The translations under genes and the position numbers were made by a program. From contig CADAJP010000001.1 of NCBI GenBank assembly GCA_902788345.1, positions 153,795 through 217,794 of the forward strand: 64,000 nt of DNA, written 5' to 3'. Within the stretch, counting starts at the first letter, position 1. Every line of letters starts with the position of its first letter. This stretch comes from an uncultured bacterium (GTDB taxonomy: Bacteria; Cyanobacteriota; Vampirovibrionia; Gastranaerophilales; Gastranaerophilaceae). Shown here piece by piece: positions 9,543 through 18,235 of the stretch. The notes under the pieces are model-generated. The model did not search any database. It worked only from the letters and a program-made list of their open reading frames with translations, and had not been told where the DNA came from.

Positions 9543-9629
9543 ACAGAGAGGAGGGGATTCGAACCCCTGGTGGAATTGCTCCCACACAACCTTTCCAAGA
9601 TTGCACCTTAAACCGCTCGGACACCTCTC
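9543..9629 (-). tRNA. tRNA-Ser (anticodon GGA)
   Basis: In the reverse complement the acceptor is AGAGAGG/CCTCTCT, the anticodon stem is CAATC/GGTTG with loop TTGGAAA, the variable arm is long, and the T-arm is AGGGGTTCGAATCCCCT. Confidence 0.85.
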
Positions 9630-9644
9630 TTTAGTTTTTACGGT

Positions 9645-9851
9645 TTAATTATCTCTTAAATTTTGGATTTCGTCAAGCTGAAGCATCTCATCTGATTCAT
9701 AATATTCTCGAGTCTTTTCCATTTTTTCTATCTTTGCATCAGCCAGGCGTTCCAAAACTTTGGCATAATCCGTGCATTTTGCCCCTTTTATGCCTTCAGT
9801 TTCCATCTTTATGCTTCCGTCAGGAAGTAATCTTATTTTAATTTTACCCAT
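9645..9851 (-). CDS. DUF2997-like small protein
   Basis: MGKIKIRLLPDGSIKMETEGIKGAKCTDYAKVLERL...TREYYE matches my recollection of the DUF2997 pattern (I-x-pDG-x-v...G-x-x-G-x-x-C...EYY). It is the last gene of the operon. Confidence 0.55.
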   Translation of the reverse strand: MGKIKIRLLPDGSIKMETEGIKGAKCTDYAKVLERLADAKIEKMEKTREYYESDEMLQLDEIQNLRDN

Positions 9852-9857
9852 ATATTT

Positions 9858-11111
9858 TTACACCTCAATCGTCAGCAATATAGAATTGTCTTCCAATACT
9901 TCTTCCTTTTCCAAATGCAAATTCTCACTTTCAATTCTGTCCAGAATTTTTTTATAAGTTATTTCCTGTATATTCAAGCCATATTCATCATTCAAATCTG
10001 ATATTAAGCCTTCACATTCACTTTTATCTGTTACCCTCTCTATTACAAGATTATACGCCTGATTGTCAGCATCTTTTGTATAAGACATCTGCATGCCAAA
10101 TAATTCACAGGAAATTTTGTCATCTGTTTCTGAAATTTTTTTTGCACCGTGTTCAGTTAATGTATTCAACAAAACGCCCTTATCCGTATAATTTGTTTTG
10201 TATGTATAGGTTAATTCTGACTTGTTATCAGTAATTCTTAAATCTCTGCCGGCTTTTTTGTTCATTGCCGCAAACAGATGCTCTACTTCCCCTTTTAAAT
10301 GTGAAGATGAAATATTGCGTAGTTTTGCAGTATAATAATTATCTTTTAAACTCCATTCAATAATGTTACTTGACATTTTTAGAGGTGTTTGATTGGTAAT
10401 TTCATTAAAGTCATACCCAAAATTATTTAGTAAACTTTTAATTTCTTCAGGAGTTATGTTTGTTTTAATTTCAACCATTGCAAGATTTGAATCATCCATT
10501 CCTATATTAACAAGCGAAATTTTCTGTTCTGTTTCAAGAATGAATCTATTTGTGTAATAATCCTGATAATATCTGATGTTTTGCTTATTATATGTTGCTT
10601 TAATCTCTTTTTCAGAGGTTTTAACAATATTTTCAGCTTCACGCATTTTTAGTTCGGTAATTATTTGGTCTGCATCGGTATATTCGGTTATATAGTTGTA
10701 ATAAAAGTATTCTTCCGAATTTATATCGCGAACATTAACATTTTTTATCTTGTCTAAATTCTTGAATAACTCTTCTCCGTACTTTGGGACAATTTTGGCA
10801 GTATTTTCTGCTGATAATATTGCACAGCAATAACCGTCTATATACTTCCATTCAACATTCAGTCCGTTTTTAAAAGTATATTCAAATTCGCCAACCCTTT
10901 TAACTTCGTCAAATGCAGCCATTAATCTTGGGGCTTCACTTATGCGAAGATTAGTTAAAATTCGTATATTTCTCAGCGAAGAATAATTTGTTATCAAAGA
11001 TTTAAGTTTTTTATTTTTTATTTTATCAGCAATTTGTGCTAATGTTATTTTCTTTGCTGTGTCCGGACTGACTAAAAATGCAGTAGGGAATGCTGTTAGT
11101 GTAATTGACAC
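9858..11111 (-). CDS. Expanded, multi-module DUF1257-like protein
   Basis: GTG start with an AAAGGA Shine-Dalgarno. The C-terminal ~110 aa (..DEYGLNIQEITYKKILDRIESENLHLEKEEVLEDNSILLTIEV) is DUF1257-like. The N-terminal signature recurs four times. Confidence 0.5.
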   Translation of the reverse strand: MSITLTAFPTAFLVSPDTAKKITLAQIADKIKNKKLKSLITNYSSLRNIRILTNLRISEAPRLMAAFDEVKRVGEFEYTFKNGLNVEWKYIDGYCCAILSAENTAKIVPKYGEELFKNLDKIKNVNVRDINSEEYFYYNYITEYTDADQIITELKMREAENIVKTSEKEIKATYNKQNIRYYQDYYTNRFILETEQKISLVNIGMDDSNLAMVEIKTNITPEEIKSLLNNFGYDFNEITNQTPLKMSSNIIEWSLKDNYYTAKLRNISSSHLKGEVEHLFAAMNKKAGRDLRITDNKSELTYTYKTNYTDKGVLLNTLTEHGAKKISETDDKISCELFGMQMSYTKDADNQAYNLVIERVTDKSECEGLISDLNDEYGLNIQEITYKKILDRIESENLHLEKEEVLEDNSILLTIEV

Positions 11112-11128
11112 CTGTATTATCCTTTCTG

Positions 11129-12739
11129 TTAAAAATCAAGAGCTCTTCCGCCTCTGAAGGCATTTACATCATCCTGATTATCATTATTGTATTGCTCGTC
11201 AACAGGAGTTGCCGATACAGCTCTGACATTTGCCCAGTCCCTAAGCTCAAATATTTGTTCTTCCTGCGTTACTGATAAAGGTACAATAGTGTTAATTGTG
11301 TTTGTCAAATCTTCCAAAGTTAATGCTCTTTTATTGAAAAATGCTTCATACAATGAAGTTATTACAATCTGTTCTATTTCTGCGCCGACAAAACCTTCTG
11401 TTAATTGCGCCAGTTTTTTAAACAATGCATTATTTATTTGGATTTTACCGCTTACTTCAGGGGTTTTAATCCTTTTTGTCAAATGCAGTTTGAAAATTTC
11501 TTCTCTTTCCTTTTGCGTAGGCATATCTACAAAGAAAATTTCATCAAATCTCCCTTTTCTTAACAATTCGGGCGGGAGTCCGCTTATATCGTTTGCCGTA
11601 GCAATTACGAATACCGGTGCTGTTTTTTCCTGCATCCATGTAAGAAAAGTCCCAAAAATTCTTGAAGATGTTCCGCTGTCACCATTGGAATTTAAACCGC
11701 TTAAACTTTTCTCAATTTCATCTACCCACAGAATAGACGGAGATACTGCTTCTGCCGTTTTCAATGCCTTTCTCATGTTTTCTTCGGAACTGCCGACAAT
11801 TCCTGAAAAAATCTTACCGAAATCAAGTTTTAATAACGGCAACTGCCATGCGCTGCTCATTGCTTTTGCTGTCAAACTCTTACCGCAACCCGGAACTCCT
11901 GTAACAAGTACTCCTTTAGGGGCAGGCAAACTGTATTTTTTTGCCTGCTCTGACCAAGAGTTATTGCGTTTCATCAACCAGCTTTTTAAATTTTCAAGTC
12001 CGCCGATATCATCCATTTTTAAATCGGTCTTGATAAATTCGAGAATACCTGTTTTTCTTATGATTTGCATTTTCTCATTCTGAATTGTGTCCAAATCTTC
12101 TATGCTTATTTTCCCGTCATTTACCATTGCAAGAGCAAATGCATTTTCTGCTTCCTGAAGTGTAAGCCCGAGAGCTGCTTTGCATAATTTTTCCGAAGCT
12201 TCTTCATCAAGTTCCGATGAATCTATCTGTGAATTTTGGGTGACCATTCTGTCAAATTTAGCTTTTATATCTTCCAAAGTTGGCAATGGCATATCAAGAA
12301 CAGTAATTTCTTTCTGCATTGTGTCAGGTATAATCAGTTCAGGAGATATAAAAATAACATTCTTTCTAAATTTGTCAGTTTTTAATTTGCCGATTATATC
12401 TCTTAGGTGTCTTACAACATTGTAATCAACCTGACGACCTTTCACACCGAAATATACATGAAAATCACACATTACAAATACTGCGTTTTTTTGAACATCA
12501 TTTATAAAATCTATTGCTTTGTCAGGACTGTTTGTTCCTTCGATAACTTTGTCATTTTGAGTAAAACCTTTTGTTTGAGTCCATACAAAAACTTCTCTTG
12601 GGATTTTTATCAGTTTTTCTGATGCTGATAAACTTTTGATAAGTCCGAGTGCTCTATCTTCTTCATAGGTAGTAATGTATATGTACGGGAATCTTGCCCT
12701 GTATAATCTTGTTAATTGCGAAATAAATTTATTGTCCAT
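11129..12739 (-). CDS. AAA+ ATPase (classic CDC48/FtsH-clade AAA module) with a roughly 250-aa N-terminal non-ATPase domain
   Basis: Walker A is GVLVTGVPGCGKSLTAKA and Walker B is ILWVDEIEK. The second region of homology is ATANDISGLPPELLRKGRFDEIFFV. Confidence 0.85.
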   Translation of the reverse strand: MDNKFISQLTRLYRARFPYIYITTYEEDRALGLIKSLSASEKLIKIPREVFVWTQTKGFTQNDKVIEGTNSPDKAIDFINDVQKNAVFVMCDFHVYFGVKGRQVDYNVVRHLRDIIGKLKTDKFRKNVIFISPELIIPDTMQKEITVLDMPLPTLEDIKAKFDRMVTQNSQIDSSELDEEASEKLCKAALGLTLQEAENAFALAMVNDGKISIEDLDTIQNEKMQIIRKTGILEFIKTDLKMDDIGGLENLKSWLMKRNNSWSEQAKKYSLPAPKGVLVTGVPGCGKSLTAKAMSSAWQLPLLKLDFGKIFSGIVGSSEENMRKALKTAEAVSPSILWVDEIEKSLSGLNSNGDSGTSSRIFGTFLTWMQEKTAPVFVIATANDISGLPPELLRKGRFDEIFFVDMPTQKEREEIFKLHLTKRIKTPEVSGKIQINNALFKKLAQLTEGFVGAEIEQIVITSLYEAFFNKRALTLEDLTNTINTIVPLSVTQEEQIFELRDWANVRAVSATPVDEQYNNDNQDDVNAFRGGRALDF

Positions 12740-12766
12740 ACTGCCCTCTGCTTCTTAATATTAAAT

Positions 12767-13378
12767 TTATTTTACAATATTTTCTCCAAGATGTAAACAA
12801 AACTTGCTTTCTATTTCTTTAAAATCCCCCATTCCGTTGATTTCAAGTTTGCCGTCAGGTTTAATATGTACTTCTACTTTGTTTTTATAGTTTAAAATAT
12901 CTTCGGAAGTGTATTTGTCTGACAAAAATATATAATTTTGATTTGAGGAGCCAACCCAAGGTCTTGAAAGATCAAATTTTTCTTCTTCAAAACCTCCATC
13001 TATTAGTAAATCTATGTATTTTAATAAGTTTTCAGTACCTTTGTCTTTTTTATTTTTTAATTCTTCGTATGTATATCCGCTAAAGCATACAAGTGTCAGC
13101 TTTAAATCGTTTTTTATAAGCTGTGCCAGTTTTGATAATTCTGCACTCTGTTCAAACGGCTCTCCGCCAAGAAAAGTTACCCCTTCAATATTATTTTTCT
13201 CTGCTTTTATAATCTCAAAAAGCGATGAAACGCTATATGGTGTTCCTGCATCAAAGTCCCACGTTTGTTTTGCATAACAACCATGGCAATGCTTTTTGCA
13301 CCCCTGAACCCACAGGCAAAACCTCTTGCCCGGTCCCTCTGCTGTAGTATTTTTTAATATTTTATAAACTCTTATCAT
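12767..13378 (-). CDS. NrdG-type (anaerobic RNR activase family) radical-SAM activating enzyme
   Basis: LWVQGCKKHCHGCYAKQTW (GCxxxCxGC cluster motif) and FLGGEPF; 203 aa. Confidence 0.7.
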   Translation of the reverse strand: MIRVYKILKNTTAEGPGKRFCLWVQGCKKHCHGCYAKQTWDFDAGTPYSVSSLFEIIKAEKNNIEGVTFLGGEPFEQSAELSKLAQLIKNDLKLTLVCFSGYTYEELKNKKDKGTENLLKYIDLLIDGGFEEEKFDLSRPWVGSSNQNYIFLSDKYTSEDILNYKNKVEVHIKPDGKLEINGMGDFKEIESKFCLHLGENIVK

Positions 13379-14343
13379 TAATCAACGATTCTTTCGTTGT
13401 TTAGCCTTGGATTTTCTACTATTGCTTTTGAAGATCTGTCCACTGTAATAATATCTTTTATTTTTTCAATAAAATGATCTTTAAGTCCTGCAACTTTGCA
13501 AAAATCTTCTTTGGTTTTAAAAAAGCCGTTTATGTTTCTGTATTCTACAATTCTTTTTGCTTTTACTATATTTATTCCGGGAAGTGCGGAAAGTTTTTCG
13601 GCATTTGCTACATTAACATCAATTTTCCCGTCTTCTGTGTGCAGAATGTCATTCATTTCAACCAGGTCGTTATTTGCATTAGATTCTGCCTTTGTGCTTT
13701 CATCTTTTGTAGGCTTTTTATCAAGTTTATCTATATTAACAAGCGGCTCGCCGTATTCTGAATATACTACAGCATCAGGGGCGTATTCAGGTTCTTTATG
13801 CGTGTAATTATGCGTTGATTCAACTGTTTTATCAACATTTTCTTCTTTTTTACGATGTATAAATGTAAGCCTTAATATTCCTGAATTTTTATCAATATAT
13901 GAAAATAATGTATCAAAAAATGTATATTCATCAAAAACAGAACAAATATCATGCCAGACCTTATCAACATTTCCCACATTTTCCTTTGAAACTTCAAATG
14001 TTCTGAGTTCGGTCTTAATTCGTGATTCCGGCTGATCCATAACTACAATTTTTTTCTGTGCCGGAAAATATTTTGCAATGCAATGAACATTACTAAGCGT
14101 GTTTCTGTCTTTTAAAAATTCTTTTGGAACATTAGTATAACTTATTATTGATTCTTCCTGTTCTTTTTTCTTGGCAAATTCTATAAAAATCATACATGCC
14201 ATTGCCAGTATCAATAAGGTTAAATACAGCCACATTTTTTGAGGATGTTCGTGTATAACAGCAATAAAAAGGACAATCCATATTACATATATGTCAATTT
14301 TTGTGAATTTTCTTCTTTTTTTGAAACCAAGTTCTTCCCACAT
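13378..14343 (-). CDS. Membrane-anchored ComEA-like helix-hairpin-helix DNA-binding protein
   Basis: Two N-terminal TM helices. The C-terminus VNVANAEKLSALPGINIVKAKRIVEYRNINGFFKTKEDFCKVAGL is a ComEA-type HhH motif. The stop overlaps the next gene's start by 1 nt. Confidence 0.65.
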   Translation of the reverse strand: MWEELGFKKRRKFTKIDIYVIWIVLFIAVIHEHPQKMWLYLTLLILAMACMIFIEFAKKKEQEESIISYTNVPKEFLKDRNTLSNVHCIAKYFPAQKKIVVMDQPESRIKTELRTFEVSKENVGNVDKVWHDICSVFDEYTFFDTLFSYIDKNSGILRLTFIHRKKEENVDKTVESTHNYTHKEPEYAPDAVVYSEYGEPLVNIDKLDKKPTKDESTKAESNANNDLVEMNDILHTEDGKIDVNVANAEKLSALPGINIVKAKRIVEYRNINGFFKTKEDFCKVAGLKDHFIEKIKDIITVDRSSKAIVENPRLNNERIVD

Positions 14344-14410
14344 ATTTATATTTTAACCTAATTTAAAAAAAAATGATAATATTTAATATTATTTATGATA
14401 GGATTGGTCT

Positions 14411-15688
14411 ATGAAAATTTCTGTAAAAAAGAATTTTAAATCTTTAAATGGGGAAATTATTGTTCCGCCGGATAAGTCTCTTTCTCACAGGGCGATTTTG
14501 TTTTCTTCTCTTGCGTCTGGAAAATCAGTTATTAAAAATTTTTCATCAGGTAAAGATCCTCATTCTTCTTTAGATGTATGCAGGTCACTTGGTGTAAATT
14601 TTGATATTAAAGATGATAGAATTGTTGTAAATTCTTCAGGGAAATTGGCAGCACCCGATAAAGATTTATACTGTGGTAATTCCGGAACAACAATGCGTCT
14701 TATGGCAGGTATTTTATCCGGACAAAGCTTTTTGAGTGTATTGTGCGGTGATGAAAGCCTTTCATCGCGGCCTATGAAAAGAATAATTGAACCGTTAAAG
14801 TTAATGGGGGCTGATATAAAGTCAGATAATAACCGCGCACCGTTAGAAATTAAAGGTTCTCATCTTTTTGGGGTTACATACAATTCTGCGATTTCTTCCG
14901 CTCAGGTTAAATCGTGTGTTTTGCTCGCAGGCTTGCATGCAGAGGGTGAAACAGTCTTTTCTGAACCGTATCTTTCAAGAAATCATACTGAGATAATGCT
15001 AAAAAATATGGGTGCGGATATTTTTTCAAACGGGAATACTGTTCATATAAAAAAATCTAAATTGTCCCCTATAGAAATTGAAATTTCAGGCGACATTTCA
15101 TCTACAGCATATTTTATTGTTGCAGGGTTAATTGTCCCTAATAGTCAAATAGTACTAAAGAATGTGAATATAAATCCGACTCGTACCGGAATATTAGATG
15201 TTGTTAAATTAATGAACGGTAATATTGAAATTTTAGACCAAAGAGAAGTGTGCAGCGAACCTGTTGCTGATATCAAAGTATCATATTCTCAAAACTTAAG
15301 ATCCTGTACTATATCAGGTGATTTAATACCTAAATTAATTGATGAAATTCCTGTGATTTCTCTATTGGCGACTCAATGTGACGGTCAAACGATAATTTCT
15401 GATGCTCAGGATTTAAGAAATAAAGAGTCAGACAGAATCTCATCTACGGTTAGTGAACTTAAAAAATTGGGTGCAGACATTGAAGAAACTCCTGACGGTA
15501 TGGTTATAAATGGTAAATCTTTTCTTTCAGGCGGTATAATTGTTGACTCGTACAGAGATCACAGATTGGCAATGACGCTTTATGTTGCAGGATTGATTTC
15601 ACAAAAAGAAATATCAATAAAAGATTTTGAGTGGGTAAATATATCTTTTCCTGAATTTGAAAGATTATTTGAAAATTTGAAGGTATAA
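14411..15688 (+). CDS. aroA: 3-phosphoshikimate 1-carboxyvinyltransferase (EPSP synthase)
   Basis: PPDKSLSHRAILF, GNSGTTMRLMAG and RDHRLAMT motifs. Confidence 0.95.
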   Translation: MKISVKKNFKSLNGEIIVPPDKSLSHRAILFSSLASGKSVIKNFSSGKDPHSSLDVCRSLGVNFDIKDDRIVVNSSGKLAAPDKDLYCGNSGTTMRLMAGILSGQSFLSVLCGDESLSSRPMKRIIEPLKLMGADIKSDNNRAPLEIKGSHLFGVTYNSAISSAQVKSCVLLAGLHAEGETVFSEPYLSRNHTEIMLKNMGADIFSNGNTVHIKKSKLSPIEIEISGDISSTAYFIVAGLIVPNSQIVLKNVNINPTRTGILDVVKLMNGNIEILDQREVCSEPVADIKVSYSQNLRSCTISGDLIPKLIDEIPVISLLATQCDGQTIISDAQDLRNKESDRISSTVSELKKLGADIEETPDGMVINGKSFLSGGIIVDSYRDHRLAMTLYVAGLISQKEISIKDFEWVNISFPEFERLFENLKV

Positions 15689-15698
15689 ACATACAAAA

Positions 15699-15735
15699 CA
15701 GAGTAACGAAATTAACGTTACTCTGCCAAACTTTT
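15699..15735 (+). terminator. Terminator after aroA
   Basis: CAGAGTAACGaaattaaCGTTACTCTG followed by ccaaactttttt. Confidence 0.65.
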
Positions 15736-15745
15736 TTGTTTGCGG

Positions 15746-15958
15746 CTATAATATAAAGCTGCTAAGTCCTCTTTGATCAAACATTTCAATAAATTTTTCT
15801 TCGGTGATATTTACTTCATCTCCGCATTCATCAAGAATCTGAATGACATTGTCAAAATCTTTGTCTTTACAGTCTTCAGCTTTTGATATTGCTGCAATTA
15901 ATCCGAAAGATGAAATGTCTAAATCTTCTTCAAATTGACCATTTAATGCTTTTTTCAT
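15746..15958 (-). CDS. Small acidic hypothetical protein
   Basis: 70-aa ORF with coding-like composition and no recognisable motif. Confidence 0.35.
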   Translation of the reverse strand: MKKALNGQFEEDLDISSFGLIAAISKAEDCKDKDFDNVIQILDECGDEVNITEEKFIEMFDQRGLSSFIL

Positions 15959-16140
15959 TTCGACCTGCCTTACATGATTTGTTCTTTCATAATATATATA
16001 CGGATTTTAACGCTTTTATCTTTAATTTTATAAATTTTTTTTACATTTCTTAATGTTTAATTATCAGGTATTTTATATTGTCCTGTATATTAAAATGTGC
16101 TATAATTTTCCTGTGTATTGCATATATCAAAGGAGCTTTT

Positions 16141-16845
16141 ATGAATAAAAAATTATTATCAGGAATTATTTTAGTTTCTATTTTAGTTATAGGACTTGTT
16201 GCTTATTTCATTGGAAGACGCAATTATCTTAGTAAGGAAATAAAGCCTGGTGTCGGAGCAATTTCAACTCAGAGAATTGCTATTGTTTATCATCCGATTA
16301 ATCAGGGTATTATTCGTATTGCTGATATTATTAAATCTCGTGTCGGCGGTGATGTTTATACTCTTGAACCTTATACTCCGTATCCGTCAAATCCTGCAGA
16401 ACTAAAGGCTCGTATTACATATGAACAAAAACATCCGGAAAAAATTGTATTCAAAAATAATAATTTTGATATAAAAAAATATCATATAATTTTTATCGGA
16501 GCTCCTGTTTTGTATAATCAAATGTCACCTATTATGATGCGTTTTGTAATGGATATTGAGCCATCTATGAGTGAAAAATATATTACTATACCTTTTGTTT
16601 ATTATGAAGGTCGTGATGAAGCTAAAGAAACTTACAAATATATATACAGCTATACAAAATATTCAACTCGTAAAAACGGATATACATCTACATTGCTTGA
16701 TAAGCAGGCAAATGAAATGTATATAGATTTGTGGCTTAATGATATTAATTTTTACAGATATGAACTTGAAGATGTAAAAGATTCCTCAAAAAATGCATCT
16801 TCCTCTAATGATAAAAAAGTAAAAAAATCTATATTTAAAAAATAA
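16141..16845 (+). CDS. Membrane-anchored flavodoxin-like-fold protein
   Basis: ATG 16141 is preceded by AAGGAG. It has an N-terminal TM helix, then IAIVYHP...IFIGAPVLYNQMSP in a flavodoxin-like pattern. Confidence 0.45.
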   Translation: MNKKLLSGIILVSILVIGLVAYFIGRRNYLSKEIKPGVGAISTQRIAIVYHPINQGIIRIADIIKSRVGGDVYTLEPYTPYPSNPAELKARITYEQKHPEKIVFKNNNFDIKKYHIIFIGAPVLYNQMSPIMMRFVMDIEPSMSEKYITIPFVYYEGRDEAKETYKYIYSYTKYSTRKNGYTSTLLDKQANEMYIDLWLNDINFYRYELEDVKDSSKNASSSNDKKVKKSIFKK

Positions 16846-16877
16846 TTTCCACTCTTTTATTATGTTGGAGGTATTTT

Positions 16878-17672
16878 ATGAACATACTTATATCAAATGA
16901 TGATGGCATTGCGGCTAATGGTATAAGAGTTTTAGTTGCAGAGTTGTCTAAAAAGCATAATGTGTATGTTGTTGCACCTGACAGAGAAAGAAGCGCTGCC
17001 GGTCATTCCCTTACTTTACATACCCCATTGAGAGTTGAAGAAATTGAGGATACAAGTTTAGGTACAAAAAGGGCATGGGTAACAACAGGTACACCGGGCG
17101 ATTGTGTCAAAATTGCGATTAGTGCAATTTTAAATAAAGATGAACAGCCAGATGTTGTTATTTCCGGTATTAATCACGGACCAAATTTGGGCGCAGACAT
17201 TTTGTATTCGGGTACTGTCAGTTGTGCGATGGAAGGTGCTATGCTTGGGTTACCCTCTATTGCTGTTTCTCTTGCTTCCATGAGTGCAAATTATGAAGAT
17301 TTTAAATATTGTGCTCATTTTACTTCACTACTTTTGGAAAAGTTAAAAGGATTTAATTTCCCGCCAAAAAGTATTTTGAATGTAAATGTACCTTTATTAC
17401 CGGAAGAAGATATAGCAGGGGTTGCTATAACAGAACTTGGACGTAAAATGTTTACAGATGCTTATGAAAAGCGTATAGATCCCAGAGGTAAGGTTTATTA
17501 TTGGATGGCTGGTAAACTTATAAATGAACCGCAAAATTCCATGACCGATATAGCCGCTGTCAGAAATAATAAAATTTCAATAACCCCTGTAACCTATGAA
17601 ATGACAAGGCATGAAACTATAAATGAACTAAATTCGATACTATGTTCTGATAATTCTTGCCAATGGTATTAA
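16878..17672 (+). CDS. surE: 5'/3'-nucleotidase SurE
   Basis: MNILISNDDGI, GINHGPNLG and YSGTV motifs. Confidence 0.9.
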   Translation: MNILISNDDGIAANGIRVLVAELSKKHNVYVVAPDRERSAAGHSLTLHTPLRVEEIEDTSLGTKRAWVTTGTPGDCVKIAISAILNKDEQPDVVISGINHGPNLGADILYSGTVSCAMEGAMLGLPSIAVSLASMSANYEDFKYCAHFTSLLLEKLKGFNFPPKSILNVNVPLLPEEDIAGVAITELGRKMFTDAYEKRIDPRGKVYYWMAGKLINEPQNSMTDIAAVRNNKISITPVTYEMTRHETINELNSILCSDNSCQWY

Positions 17673-17725
17673 TAAAAAAGACGCAAGAAAAATTCTCGCG
17701 CCCTTTTATTGTAAATTTTAAATGA

Positions 17726-18220
17726 TTATTCACTAATTTCAGATGTGCAATGCGGACATCTTGTTGCTCTGATGTCGATTTGAGAAAAACATTTAGGGCA
17801 TGCTTTTTGAGTTGCAGCTGTTTCTGTAACTTCTTCTTTTTTGGCTGCTGCCTGTAATTTATTAACACCTTTAATTAGTAAAAATACTGCAAATGCTACT
17901 AAAATAAAGCTTATTAATGTATTAATAAATACACCATAGTTAATAGTTACCGCACCGGCAGCTTTTGCCGCTGATAATGAATCATAATGCGGCATATGTC
18001 CTAAATCATCTAATTTTGTCGGCATTGTCAGGTACAAATTTGTAAAATCAACTTTGCCCATCAACCATCCTAAAGGTGGCATGATTACATCATTAACCAT
18101 TGAATCAACAATTTTACCAAAAGCGGCACCTATAATGATACCTACAGCCATGTCAATTACGTTGCCTCTGATTGCAAATGCCTTAAACTCTGCTGCTTGT
18201 CTTTTAAAAAATTCTAACAT
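17726..18220 (-). CDS. mscL: Large-conductance mechanosensitive channel MscL with a C-terminal CxxC...CxxC zinc-ribbon extension
   Basis: [37 protein letters not shown]. The tail is [18 protein letters not shown]. Confidence 0.85.
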   Translation of the reverse strand: MLEFFKRQAAEFKAFAIRGNVIDMAVGIIIGAAFGKIVDSMVNDVIMPPLGWLMGKVDFTNLYLTMPTKLDDLGHMPHYDSLSAAKAAGAVTINYGVFINTLISFILVAFAVFLLIKGVNKLQAAAKKEEVTETAATQKACPKCFSQIDIRATRCPHCTSEISE

Positions 18221-18235
18221 ATAAATTCTCCTTTT

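Noticed and set aside
9083-9634. 183-aa plus-strand ORF
   Set aside because: It is antisense to the signal-peptide/Gly-zipper gene and runs straight through tRNA-Ser(GGA). It is a shadow ORF.
11187-12083. 298-aa plus-strand ORF
   Set aside because: It is fully antisense to the AAA+ ATPase gene, which has unmistakable Walker A and B motifs. Its S/L/F/I-rich composition is typical of a shadow frame in AT-rich DNA, and it has no ribosome-binding site.
17617-17868. 83-aa minus-strand ORF overlapping the mscL 3' end and the surE/mscL intergenic region
   Set aside because: It is out of frame with mscL and overlaps its conserved C-terminal zinc-ribbon coding sequence. Its K/Q-rich shadow-frame composition and lack of a ribosome-binding site also argue against it.
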